Counted from the first letter of the stretch, positions 22,442-34,402 are shown. The stretch is DNA of 64,000 bases from Gammaproteobacteria bacterium (GCA_965224825.1 CBDDAG010000003.1:969414-1033413), one strand, 5' to 3'. The notes: generated by a model from the letters alone, not told the origin. Numbers and translations are program-made.

Positions 22442-22680
22442 TAACCGAGTTCTTCATCAAGTTCATTCATTAGACTTTCGTAACTGTATTCAGCCGTTCC
22501 ACTTTTTTCACCTTCTTCAAGCAGGTGGCGGAGCGTTGCGATTTTGCTATCGTTATCTTCAAGCATTCTAAGGCCTGCACGTATAACCTCGCTTGCAGAG
22601 GCGAAACGACCTTCGTCCATTTTCTGTGCAATAAAACCATCGAAATGATCGCCAAGAGTAATGCTGGTATTCTTTGCCAT
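22441..22680 (-). CDS. parD: ParD antitoxin (RHH/CopG family)
   Basis: MAKNTSITLGDHFDGFIAQKMDEGRFASASEVIRAGLRMLED… is a classic ParD pattern. Confidence 0.75.
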   Translation of the reverse strand: MAKNTSITLGDHFDGFIAQKMDEGRFASASEVIRAGLRMLEDNDSKIATLRHLLEEGEKSGTAEYSYESLMNELDEELG

Positions 22681-22716
22681 AGTTGTCTCCTGCGTGTACC
22701 GAAATATACCTAATTG

Positions 22717-22725
22717 TGGTATAAT
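22717..22725 (+). promoter_or_regulatory. Extended -10 element TGgTATAAT upstream of coaD
   Basis: Read in sequence about 30-45 bp upstream of the coaD start. Confidence 0.35.
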
Positions 22726-22753
22726 GGTTGCGGTAAGTCAATCTTGTGCGTAA

Positions 22754-23251
22754 ATGAGTATCAGAAGATTTATGAGTAAAAAAGCAATCTACCCCGGAAC
22801 ATTCGATCCGTTGACTAATGGTCATGTTGATATCATCGAGCGTGCGTCAAAGATTTTTGATCACGTCTTTGTTGCTGTTGCTGACAGCACTTCAAAAAGC
22901 ACTTTGTTTTCTACGCAGGAAAGAATGGATCTGGCCGAGGAAGCTTTGTCAGAAATCTCCAATGTCAGTATTGTTTCTTTTAATCGTTTGATGACTGACT
23001 GTGCGAAGGAAAACGATGCTTTGATTATTCTTCGTGGTCTTCGTAGCGTATCGGATTTTGAGTACGAATTTCAGATGGCGGGTATGAATCGAAAACTTTT
23101 CCCGGATGCGGATACGATGTTCATGACACCGGATGAAAGCTTCTCTTATATTTCTTCGAGCCTGGTCAGAGAGATCGCGAAACTTGAAGGCGATGTTAGT
23201 CAGTTTGTACCACCTAATGTTCTTGCTGCATTGAACGAACGTTTTTCCTGA
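22754..23251 (+). CDS. coaD: Phosphopantetheine adenylyltransferase (start may be the second Met at 22772)
   Basis: …KAIYPGTFDPLTNGHVDII… HxGH nucleotidyltransferase motif. Confidence 0.9.
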   Translation: MSIRRFMSKKAIYPGTFDPLTNGHVDIIERASKIFDHVFVAVADSTSKSTLFSTQERMDLAEEALSEISNVSIVSFNRLMTDCAKENDALIILRGLRSVSDFEYEFQMAGMNRKLFPDADTMFMTPDESFSYISSSLVREIAKLEGDVSQFVPPNVLAALNERFS

Positions 23252-25200
<1,949 letters not shown>

Positions 25201-25238
25201 ACAAAAGTAAGCTATTCCAGTCGTAGTTATATACGACA

Positions 25239-26003
25239 TTGGAGGGTTTGAGCATGAAGACAACATTTCTTTTTCTCGCACTATGGTTTTCTCTTATCGC
25301 TTATGTACAGGCGGAACCACAAACATTTAGCAGTAATGACACCCGGACAAATTTAATCGAACTGTATACATCGGAAGGTTGTAGCAGTTGTCCTCCGGCT
25401 GATCGTTGGCTGAGTAAGTTCAAAAATGACGATCGCTTATGGAAAGAGTTTATCCCTGTCGCTTTTCATGTGGATTACTGGAATTATATTGGTTGGAAAG
25501 ATCGATTTTCTGAAGCTCAATATGGCCAGAGACAGCGACGTTATGCGGAAGGAAATAATCTAAGCACGGTTTATACGCCCGGCGTGATCTTGAATGGAAG
25601 CGAATGGCGATCTTTACAGGATAAGCGTGCACTCAGCCTTGATAAATCAAATGTAGTTGGGATGTTAAATGTAGGTGTTGATGGTGACAAAGTCATGGCT
25701 ACGTTTCTTACTGGCAAGAAAAATAAACCGGCCTATCTAAATGTGGCTGTATTGGGCTTTGATCTGATCACCACGGTTGAAGCAGGTGAGAATCATGGAA
25801 GAAAACTGGAACATGATTTTGTTGTGCTTGGTTATCAGAGAACGGTAATGAAGGCATCTGAGGAAGGCTATGCGCTGACAACAAAACTTCCAATGAAGAT
25901 TGAGCCTGCTCCTAAAACTGGATTGGCGGTCTGGGTGGATTACGGTAAGGATCTAACACCAGTGCAGGCTACAGGTGGTTGGTTGGCTGTTGCGAATAAC
26001 TAA
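25239..26003 (+). CDS. Secreted DUF1223-family protein (thioredoxin-like CxxC)
   Basis: Signal peptide. …ELYTSEGCSSCPPAD…. Confidence 0.55.
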   Translation: MEGLSMKTTFLFLALWFSLIAYVQAEPQTFSSNDTRTNLIELYTSEGCSSCPPADRWLSKFKNDDRLWKEFIPVAFHVDYWNYIGWKDRFSEAQYGQRQRRYAEGNNLSTVYTPGVILNGSEWRSLQDKRALSLDKSNVVGMLNVGVDGDKVMATFLTGKKNKPAYLNVAVLGFDLITTVEAGENHGRKLEHDFVVLGYQRTVMKASEEGYALTTKLPMKIEPAPKTGLAVWVDYGKDLTPVQATGGWLAVANN

Positions 26004-26845
26004 GTTTCTTCATCATCTGGTTCTTTTAAAACGGCATGAGTTACCAGTAGAGAAAGCAGACAATAAGCCGTGAAGAAATAAACACCCAGATCAGTTTCTG
26101 CTCGCGTAAAGTCCTGCGTGTCTAAAGCAAAAATAGAAATCAAAATCGCAACAACAAACACATCCGCCATTGACCATTTTCCTAACAAATGAATCAGGTC
26201 GTGCGCTTTCTTGTGTAAAGAAGGAGCAACATTAAACAGGTTCATTCCAACAACGCTCATTTTTAGAAGTGGTGTAAAAATACTAAACAAAGCGATCAAA
26301 CCGGCAATGATCAAATTGCCATGAGTAAACAAACCATGCACCGTAGAATAAATACTTTTCGCTTCGTATTTAAAAACTACTTCACCTAAAACGGGGAGCT
26401 CTTTATATGCGGTCATTTGCATCATCGGTGTGATCAGACCAACGATCAGACACAATATAGAGACTAACAAAACGTGTCGCCAGAAACGGTTTGCATTATT
26501 TGTGTTGTGAGAGAGGAAAAATTGTATTACTAACCACACAAGAGATACTGCTAAGAAGACAATCGAAAAATACTGTGCCTTATTTTTTTCAGCGTCCGCT
26601 TGCTCAATTAGCAGCCTATGTTTTTCTACGCGCTCAGTTGCACCTTCATACAAAGAAAAACTAATTGTTTCGGCAATTTCGGCCAGGGCAAGATCAACAC
26701 TACCTTCCATATCCATCGCTTCAGCGATCTGAGTATTCAGGTCAATACTATTATTACTGTGCTTACAAACGAAAAGGGCGGCTGCTATTAGAAACAGATA
26801 AATAATAATATTTATTGAAAACCAGATAGTTCTATTCGCTTCCAT
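26000..26845 (-). CDS. PqiA-like inner-membrane protein (single PqiA module)
   Basis: Polytopic membrane protein. …GKWSMADVFVVAIL… resembles the PqiA signature. Confidence 0.45.
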   Translation of the reverse strand: MEANRTIWFSINIIIYLFLIAAALFVCKHSNNSIDLNTQIAEAMDMEGSVDLALAEIAETISFSLYEGATERVEKHRLLIEQADAEKNKAQYFSIVFLAVSLVWLVIQFFLSHNTNNANRFWRHVLLVSILCLIVGLITPMMQMTAYKELPVLGEVVFKYEAKSIYSTVHGLFTHGNLIIAGLIALFSIFTPLLKMSVVGMNLFNVAPSLHKKAHDLIHLLGKWSMADVFVVAILISIFALDTQDFTRAETDLGVYFFTAYCLLSLLVTHAVLKEPDDEET

Positions 26846-27432
26846 CAGTGTTGTGTTCCGTAATATCGATAGTGCCCAGTGATCGTATATTTAAAAAGAA
26901 TGTCATCCATCTTTGGGCCGAGACCAATGTTGTGGACGATCATGGGGCGTTTTTTATTCGTACTTAATTCATCAACAACGATACCGATGTGGGTCATATT
27001 ATTGGGTAAAACCCAGCTCACAATATCTCCGGTAATATAATCTTCAGGATCACGACTTTTTGCAAGAGATTGACCTTTCCTTGTGAAGAAAGTTTGCAAA
27101 TTCGGTACTCGTCTATGATCAATATTGGTATCGGTTTTTGTCAGCCCCCAATTGTTAGGATATTTAGAAAAGTTACTTTTCATATCCTCATGCACTTCTT
27201 TTTGCAGATCGATTCCAACGGTTCGATATGCTCGGATCACGACATCTGTACAAACACCAAACATGGCTGGAAGATCGCCGCCAGGATAATCAAGTTTCCG
27301 ATAAGCGCCATTATAGATCACGATATGAGAAGTTCTTTCGATTGCCGCATCAGATAATTTTTGTTTGAAGTCTTCAGCGGTGGATGTTGTGGCGAGAGAG
27401 GTTAGAAATAAACTGATCAATAATTTTTTCAT
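26845..27432 (-). CDS. Secreted DUF1287-family protein
   Basis: Signal peptide. …VIYNGAYRKLDYPGGDLPAMFGVCTDVVIRAYR…. Confidence 0.5.
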   Translation of the reverse strand: MKKLLISLFLTSLATTSTAEDFKQKLSDAAIERTSHIVIYNGAYRKLDYPGGDLPAMFGVCTDVVIRAYRTVGIDLQKEVHEDMKSNFSKYPNNWGLTKTDTNIDHRRVPNLQTFFTRKGQSLAKSRDPEDYITGDIVSWVLPNNMTHIGIVVDELSTNKKRPMIVHNIGLGPKMDDILFKYTITGHYRYYGTQH

Positions 27433-28754
27433 TCACTTTCCTTTTGAATAAATGCTTCTGCCCGCTTAGCCATTTCATTATCTGGATCAAAATCCTTAGC
27501 TCTTTGCAGGTTTTTTCTGGCAAGCTCTATCTTACCCTGTTTTGCATAGCCGATGGCTAGCGTGCTTTTCACATTGGCATAAGTTGGATCGGGAAGCATT
27601 TGATAGCGTCGATCATTGAGTAATTTGATGCCTTCTTCCAGCTGGCCTGCTTCGATCAGAATTGATCCGCGAGTGGATCGAATCGCCAATTCCCACGGAA
27701 CCAGATTAAACGCCGCTTCAGATAATTCCAAAGATTCTTCTAACAATTCTGGATCATTGATCCGGTAATTAGCATAAGCAATATTGTTCAGAAATATTCC
27801 TCGCTCAAGTTCAGAAATTTCTTTATCTATAATAATTTCTCTAAATATTAAACGTCCTTCCTTGAAATATCCTTGCTCAAGCAGTGCAACACCTAATATA
27901 TTTTTCAGGTGTCGATCATCCGGGTATTGATCTAATCCTTCCTCAGAAAATGTTTGCGTTATGTCATAATCATGATGTTGTAACGCTGCGAAGGCTTGAC
28001 TATAAATCCCCGAAAGTTGGTAGCTTTCAATTTCTGCCGCTTTCATAAAAGGTGTTGTTAATAACTTTCCGCCATCGCTCCAGAGCCTCCCAACCGAAGA
28101 GTTAAATTGAAAAGGTAGTAAGTTGATGCAACCAGTGACAAAATTAGATAAGAATATAATGGGTAAGATAGCCGCCTCATGTAAAAAAGCATTCATGAAT
28201 TTTTCGTGACCTATTTGCTGCCAGACGAGCCACGCGATCAGCAGGTTTATTAAAGGCCCTGCCGCCGTTGTGATCATGACCTTTGTACGAAAAAACGATG
28301 ATGCTCCTGGCAGATAAAATGTAAGCCCTCCTGCCGGGACTTTCTTAAGATCTAGGTAAGCGCCCAATACTTTTTTTGATAAAATATTTTTGCCACGACC
28401 AAAATTGATCGCAATTACTTTTTGCCCCGTTATCCAGGCTGCTAGAGCATGCCCTAGTTCATGAAAAATAGTGGTGAAAAAAGACACGATGAAAAACAGA
28501 GCAATGTTGATTAAAAGCCAACCAATACGAACTGTTGCTGCGGAATCTACATAGACAAGAAACGAGCCTAAGATGATAAGCGCAGGAAAATGAAACTTAT
28601 ATTCTCTCAGTGCATTGGAATCATATTCATAATTATGACAGGTGACACAGATCGTTTTACTTTTCTTGAATAAACTATTTTCTGTGACAAAACCTTCTGG
28701 AAGTGCGGAATGTGCGCCACAATTTGAACATGTTTTTGTGCTTATAATGGTCAT
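27429..28754 (-). CDS. M50/site-2-protease-like membrane metallopeptidase with N-terminal zinc ribbon and C-terminal TPR repeats
   Basis: CSNCG…CVTCHN zinc ribbon. TM helices with HExxH (…FHELGHALAAW…). C-terminal TPR-like repeats. Confidence 0.55.
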   Translation of the reverse strand: MTIISTKTCSNCGAHSALPEGFVTENSLFKKSKTICVTCHNYEYDSNALREYKFHFPALIILGSFLVYVDSAATVRIGWLLINIALFFIVSFFTTIFHELGHALAAWITGQKVIAINFGRGKNILSKKVLGAYLDLKKVPAGGLTFYLPGASSFFRTKVMITTAAGPLINLLIAWLVWQQIGHEKFMNAFLHEAAILPIIFLSNFVTGCINLLPFQFNSSVGRLWSDGGKLLTTPFMKAAEIESYQLSGIYSQAFAALQHHDYDITQTFSEEGLDQYPDDRHLKNILGVALLEQGYFKEGRLIFREIIIDKEISELERGIFLNNIAYANYRINDPELLEESLELSEAAFNLVPWELAIRSTRGSILIEAGQLEEGIKLLNDRRYQMLPDPTYANVKSTLAIGYAKQGKIELARKNLQRAKDFDPDNEMAKRAEAFIQKESE

Positions 28755-28843
28755 TCAGATCAAATTAATTAGAAAGTTTATTCATAGTTTGCCGATAGTT
28801 TAATCGAAGATATTCAAAAAAATACATAACAAAGGTAATAAAC

Positions 28844-30889
28844 ATGGCGCAGGAAGTTCATCTGGATAAAGAACAAATTGATCAACTAGAAGAATATTAT
28901 CGACAAGGCCTGTATCTCAAGGCCTATGAACAAACCTCAGAGCTTGGCCACATAAAGCATTGGCGCGGCGAGAAAGGGCGAATCCTTGCTGGCCGATTAG
29001 CCTACAATCTCGGTGGACACCGCCTGGGTTACCTTCTGCATTATCGCGCATGGAAAGAACATCCTGAATCTGGCGAGGCCATTTATTTTTATGCGCGTGC
29101 GCTGGCAACTGTGCGTGGAGCGTATCGAGCTTTGCGTTTTATTCGTGAAACAGGCGATCTTCCAGACAACACTTCCAAAGAAAGAAAAGCCGAATGGCGA
29201 GCTTTTGAAGCTTATCTTCTGGGTCGTTTTCGGGACTTTGATAATGCAGAAAAACTGATCGCGGAAGCAAAAGAAATTGATCCGGATAGTAATTGGATCG
29301 AGCTGGAACGAGCCAGCTTGTACGAATTTCAGGATCGTTATGACGATGCACTAGAAGTGACCACCGCCGTATTGGAAAAATCTCCGTGGTATCGATCGGG
29401 CGTTCAACATCATGCGCAACTGCTTCAATCCAGAGGGCGTGATGATGACGCGCTAAAACTGCTTACAGAAGCGATGAATCATATTGAGAGTTCAGGTGTT
29501 GCCGCACAGTGTTTACAGTTGCAGATCGAATTAAAACAATATCCTGAAGCTTTAAAAAATCTTGATCTCTACGAAAAATTGACACCTTTAAAAGACAAGG
29601 GCGAGAAACAATGGATTGCCGGACGACGTTCGGATCTCGCTTATTTTATGGGTGATCTTGATCAGGCGATCAGTCATGCTGAAGATGAAGGACGACCTTT
29701 TTATACGCATCTTGCAGAAAAACTGAAAGAGCCTGGCGATAATAAATCTGTGCGGCTGGGTGTGGAATTTGTCAAACAGCATCATATGACTTGTGGCCCG
29801 GCGACGCTGACTTCGATCGCGCAATATTGGGGACGTGAAGTGAACCAACTCGATGTAGTCGAGGACATCTGGTACGACGGCACTTCCGAATATAGCGAAA
29901 GGCAATGGGCGGTCAAAAATGATTATATTGTCCATGAATTTACATTGACTTGGGATTCGGCGGTTGCTTTGCTGGACAAGGGAATTCCTTTTGCACTTTC
30001 TACAGTTGAGCCGGGATCAGCACATTTGCAAGCCGTGATCGGTTATGACGAAGCGCGAGGTGTTTTTCTGGTGCGTGATCCGGGAACCCGATCTACGACA
30101 GAATTTTTTGCTGAAAAAGCGCTGGAGTTTTATGCATGGACTGGCCCTCGGGCGATGGTTTTAATTCCCGCTGACAAGGCTGATCTGTTAGATGGTATCG
30201 AGCTTCCGGATCGAGATATTTATGATCGTTATTTCTGGATCAAAGCGGCGTTGGAAAAAAATGATCGTGCTGCAGCTTCTGCTCATATTGAAGAAGCTGA
30301 AAAACGCTGGCCTGATCATCGTTTGCTACACGTGGCGAACCGATCGATTGCGATCTATGACGATAACGAAGCACGCATTCTTGAAAATACGGAAAAACTT
30401 TTAGAACTATTTCCTGGCAACATTAACTACCTGATGAGCAAACAACAGTCGTTGGGGAATCTTGGGCGGCGAAAAGAACAGCAGGCTTTTGTTGATGAAG
30501 CCTGCGGTGAGTCCAACGAGCATTCCATTTTGTTAATGCAAAAAGCGCAAATGTTGAGCGACGATGCGCGTGAATTTGATACGGTGGAAGAAATTTTACT
30601 CAAGCTGATCCGTTGGCAGCCACAAAATTCGGAAGCCTATTTTTTACTGGCTTATGTGCGCCGGGAACAAAATCGTTTTGATGAATCTATCGAATTATAT
30701 CGGATCGTTTCCTGTCTCGAAGACAAGGTTGAACGCTATGTGAGTAATTATTTCAAAGCGCTGCGTTGTCGTAAACGTGGTGAAGAAGGGATCGCATTTC
30801 TGAAAGATCGCTTTGATCGTTTTGGTGATAAATCTGCATTATCCGGCGATCTCTTTATGCCGTGCTTACGAGTGGTTGGATCAGGATAA
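28844..30889 (+). CDS. TPR-repeat protein with central papain-like peptidase C39-type domain
   Basis: …QHHMTCGPATLTSIAQYWG… (Q-x-CG-x-A-x-L…G Cys motif) and …SAHLQAVIGYDEARGVFLVRDPG… (His/Asp region), flanked by TPR repeats. Confidence 0.55.
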   Translation: MAQEVHLDKEQIDQLEEYYRQGLYLKAYEQTSELGHIKHWRGEKGRILAGRLAYNLGGHRLGYLLHYRAWKEHPESGEAIYFYARALATVRGAYRALRFIRETGDLPDNTSKERKAEWRAFEAYLLGRFRDFDNAEKLIAEAKEIDPDSNWIELERASLYEFQDRYDDALEVTTAVLEKSPWYRSGVQHHAQLLQSRGRDDDALKLLTEAMNHIESSGVAAQCLQLQIELKQYPEALKNLDLYEKLTPLKDKGEKQWIAGRRSDLAYFMGDLDQAISHAEDEGRPFYTHLAEKLKEPGDNKSVRLGVEFVKQHHMTCGPATLTSIAQYWGREVNQLDVVEDIWYDGTSEYSERQWAVKNDYIVHEFTLTWDSAVALLDKGIPFALSTVEPGSAHLQAVIGYDEARGVFLVRDPGTRSTTEFFAEKALEFYAWTGPRAMVLIPADKADLLDGIELPDRDIYDRYFWIKAALEKNDRAAASAHIEEAEKRWPDHRLLHVANRSIAIYDDNEARILENTEKLLELFPGNINYLMSKQQSLGNLGRRKEQQAFVDEACGESNEHSILLMQKAQMLSDDAREFDTVEEILLKLIRWQPQNSEAYFLLAYVRREQNRFDESIELYRIVSCLEDKVERYVSNYFKALRCRKRGEEGIAFLKDRFDRFGDKSALSGDLFMPCLRVVGSG

Positions 30890-33827
30890 AGAAGCTGAAA
30901 ATGCACTCCTTAAAGCACTTAATTCCCGACCAGATGATCCCGATTTACTTTTGTTCGGATCAGACTTTCTGGCGCGTCACAGTAAGTTTGATCAAGCGCG
31001 TGCTTTGCTGGAACGAGCCAAAGGAAAATGTCAGGAATTGCGCTGGCACGTTGAACAGGCCGATTTGGCGGATTATGAAGGTGAACTGAGTAAATCACTG
31101 GAATATTGGGAACAGGTTTTGGCCGCTGATCCGATGCATTTCCGAGCGATCCGTATGACAACTCGATTATTGTCTGAGACTAAAGATCGCCAGGCGGCTC
31201 TGAATTTCCTCGAACGGAAAAAAGATCAATTTCCTTATCACCACGACATTCAGAGCTTATGGGTAGATTGGCTGGATCAGGCTCCGTTATCTGAAAAAGG
31301 TGCGGCTTTGCGTCGATTGCTGGAATTAAATCCGCAAGATGATTGGGGTTTCCGGGAACTGGGACGGGTGTTGGGACAACAGGATCGTTTTGATGAAGCT
31401 TATGAAAATCTGGAAACAGCCCGACAACTTGATCCGACTAATGCCAGCTATTACAACCTCGTTGGTGAACTAAAAGAACGCCAGGGAAATATCAATGAAG
31501 CGATCGAATCTTATCGTGAAGCATTAAAATTAAATATTGATAATGATTTTGCCATGCGTGCTTTATTACGTTGCAGCAACTCAAACGATGCTAAAAAAGA
31601 ACAGCTTGAGTTTATTCGCCAGCAGTTGATCGAGCAGGTTACTCTGGGTGATGGTTTGATGTCATTTCAGGCATTAGCCGGCGATATTTTACAGCCAGAA
31701 GAATTGCTTAAAGAACTGCACAACGCAGTCGAACAAAGGCCTGATCTATGGAATGCCTGGGCTGCGATCAGTCGGGAGTATATGGATGCCGGTCAGTTAG
31801 AAGAAGCCTTGAAATATAGTAAAGAAGGCACGGATCGTTTTCCTTTGTTGCCTCGCTTATGGCTGGATCAGGCAAGAATTTATCGCTACATGGGCGAGTC
31901 GGAAGAAGAGAAAAGATGTCTCGAAAGAACCATGGAACTGGCTCCATCATGGAGCACGGCGATCCGACAGCTTGCCGAATATCACGAAACTCGTGGCGAT
32001 TATGCGGCTTCAAAAGCGATCATGGAAAGTGCGCTGACACGGATCCCGCTTGATCCATATTGTCGTGGTTTTCTGGCCGATGCATTGTGGCACTTGGGCG
32101 AACGTGATCAGGCGTTGGTTGAAATTGCTCGTGCGATAGAACTTGATCCGGAATATGACTGGGCATGGAGTGCGCTGGATCGTTGGGCAGATATTCTGGA
32201 ACAACCGGATCTGGCTGAACAAACCGCCAGAAAAATGGTGATGAACAAGCCGGGTGATGCTGATCTGTGGTGTGTGCTGGCCAGAATGCAGGACGATCCG
32301 GAAGAGAGATTAAGCTCGCTGGAAAAGGCTATCGAACTCAGCCCACGTCTGGTTGATGCGCATGAACAAAAGATTGTGATCCTGTGTCGAATGGAAGAAT
32401 ACGACAAAGCACGGGCTGCGGTAAATCATCCAGGCTGGAATGGAACTCCGCCGATGTCGATTCGTGGACATGGCCCCTGGATCAGTCGACAGGAAGGTGA
32501 TCATGATCGCAGTATTGCCGAAATGGATGCTTTGTTAGAGCAGGAGCCGACCTATTATGACGGTTTCCGGATGCTGGCTGATTGGCATGACAATGCGAAT
32601 AGTTTCGAAGAATATTTATCGGCCAGTCAGAAAATGCTGAAGCTGGATCCAACCAGTCCACACGCCATGTCTTATGTTGGCGATGCGTTGCATGATCTTG
32701 AACGTGATGATGAAGCGATCCCATATTTACAACAGGCAGCTGAACGCGATCCATCTTCGACTCTGGCAAACTTTATCCTGTTCGATATTTTGAAAGAACG
32801 TGATGATGTTCCGGCTATGCAGACCTTGATGGAAAAAATGAAACTGCATATTTTGGATAATAATTTTGTCGTAGCACGAGAAGGATCTCTGGCCGCAAGA
32901 ACGATGGACAAAGAACGGGCGATGGAATGTCTGCAAGAATTGGCGTTCTGTGGGGATGAAAATAGCTGGTTGTTTAATACCTGTATCGGCAGTATGAAAA
33001 GTGCGCGTTGGGAAGCCGATATGATCGAGACGATGGGTGAGTTTATCCAGGAAGAAAACTGCGTTGCTCCCATTGGTCGATATTGGGGCGAGATCGTCAA
33101 TGAGGAAAAAGCCTGGGATTCGCAATTGCCACGATTGAAAAATTCTTTTGATAAGGGCACGCCGGCCAGTGTTCAGGCCATGTCAGAATATCAGGATTTT
33201 GTTGCACTAAATGGATCAAAAAAAGAACACAAAAACCTGATCAGTTCTCTCGGTGAGCAACTGAGACAAAATCCGCTGACCTGGGGATCGGTCATGTATA
33301 GCTTTAGTGTCAATGATGATCTGGATGCTGGTATTAAATGGGCAGGCAATTCCTGGCGCGAAGACTCAGCTGAACGTGGTTGGGGGCTCTACTATCTTTC
33401 GCTGTTACATTGGCAAAAAAAGGATGTTGAGAAAGCACTGGAAGCAGGCCTTCATGGGGTTAATGATAATAATTTTTATATGCACGAGCCGATGTTGGCG
33501 ATGGGTTATTTCTTAACGGACGACGTGGAAAACACCGTGCTCTGGAAAGACAGAATCAATCATCATGCCATGGGCGGATATCAGGACATGCTCAACGATA
33601 CGCTGGAAATGGGACTTATTGCCTATGATCAAAGTCTTGATAATAAAGAGGCCTTGACGGGAATAAAACAAAAGTTAAGCGAGATCAATGAAGTTAAATC
33701 GGATCATGAAGATACTATTTATGAATATGTTCTTGACCAGGTTTTAGACAAGGTTGGTGAAGCTCGTAGCGGTTTCCGTTGGAAAGCCAGCACGTCGATA
33801 TTGAGTGTGAAATCTGCCTGGACCTAA
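30813..33827 (+). CDS. Large TPR-repeat protein, 1004 aa (probably continuous with 28844-30889 through a frameshift)
   Basis: TPR-like repeats throughout. 77-nt overlap in a different frame with the upstream ORF. Confidence 0.55.
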   Translation: MIVLVINLHYPAISLCRAYEWLDQDKEAENALLKALNSRPDDPDLLLFGSDFLARHSKFDQARALLERAKGKCQELRWHVEQADLADYEGELSKSLEYWEQVLAADPMHFRAIRMTTRLLSETKDRQAALNFLERKKDQFPYHHDIQSLWVDWLDQAPLSEKGAALRRLLELNPQDDWGFRELGRVLGQQDRFDEAYENLETARQLDPTNASYYNLVGELKERQGNINEAIESYREALKLNIDNDFAMRALLRCSNSNDAKKEQLEFIRQQLIEQVTLGDGLMSFQALAGDILQPEELLKELHNAVEQRPDLWNAWAAISREYMDAGQLEEALKYSKEGTDRFPLLPRLWLDQARIYRYMGESEEEKRCLERTMELAPSWSTAIRQLAEYHETRGDYAASKAIMESALTRIPLDPYCRGFLADALWHLGERDQALVEIARAIELDPEYDWAWSALDRWADILEQPDLAEQTARKMVMNKPGDADLWCVLARMQDDPEERLSSLEKAIELSPRLVDAHEQKIVILCRMEEYDKARAAVNHPGWNGTPPMSIRGHGPWISRQEGDHDRSIAEMDALLEQEPTYYDGFRMLADWHDNANSFEEYLSASQKMLKLDPTSPHAMSYVGDALHDLERDDEAIPYLQQAAERDPSSTLANFILFDILKERDDVPAMQTLMEKMKLHILDNNFVVAREGSLAARTMDKERAMECLQELAFCGDENSWLFNTCIGSMKSARWEADMIETMGEFIQEENCVAPIGRYWGEIVNEEKAWDSQLPRLKNSFDKGTPASVQAMSEYQDFVALNGSKKEHKNLISSLGEQLRQNPLTWGSVMYSFSVNDDLDAGIKWAGNSWREDSAERGWGLYYLSLLHWQKKDVEKALEAGLHGVNDNNFYMHEPMLAMGYFLTDDVENTVLWKDRINHHAMGGYQDMLNDTLEMGLIAYDQSLDNKEALTGIKQKLSEINEVKSDHEDTIYEYVLDQVLDKVGEARSGFRWKASTSILSVKSAWT

Positions 33828-33845
33828 TCAGAGATTCCTTAACGG

Positions 33846-34394
33846 CTATTTTCCAAATGCTGTCTCTGGAAATTTTTCAGTGATCAGCATGATTGGTTTT
33901 TGTTCGGCAAAAATTCGATAAGTTCTGGAAATAAGAGTTGAGTCAGCAGATTGATCAAAATGTTGACCAAGCTCTTCCGCGGGTTCTTCTTTGCAGGAAA
34001 GAATTTCCCTGAAGGTTTCTGTTTTTGCTTCGATCATCAGTCGCCCAAGTGGCTTATCTGTATTGATCAAACCTTCCTGCAAAGAAGCATCGAGTTGTTC
34101 CGGAACGAGAATAGATTCTGCATAAATATAATTTGTTTTTGAATCATTCCCTTTTAATAAAATCTTTCTCACCAGAATTTCTGTGCCCGATCGTATTTCA
34201 AGATAAGGGATATCAACATCGCTGATCCGCTTTTCCTGAAACAACTTAATAAGATTGATAGGCTCCCAGAACTGCGCCTCAAGAATTTCTGTAACCGTTC
34301 CATCAGTTGTCAGCAGAATACGTTGAAAAGGCGATAGCTCTTTCAGATCAAGATCGCTGTGTGATAAAGATTTTTCGAGATCAATGCGTAACAT
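33846..34394 (-). CDS. Chorismate-lyase-like (UbiC/DUF98 fold) protein
   Basis: …ILLTTDGTVTEILE… and …TDKPLGRLM… resemble UbiC core motifs. Confidence 0.45.
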   Translation of the reverse strand: MLRIDLEKSLSHSDLDLKELSPFQRILLTTDGTVTEILEAQFWEPINLIKLFQEKRISDVDIPYLEIRSGTEILVRKILLKGNDSKTNYIYAESILVPEQLDASLQEGLINTDKPLGRLMIEAKTETFREILSCKEEPAEELGQHFDQSADSTLISRTYRIFAEQKPIMLITEKFPETAFGK

Positions 34395-34402
34395 TTTAAG
34401 CC

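Noticed and set aside
32108-33160. Several 95-160-aa minus-strand ORFs inside the 1004-aa TPR gene
   Set aside because: They are antisense to a long, well-supported TPR ORF. They have no start context and show no recognisable domain pattern.
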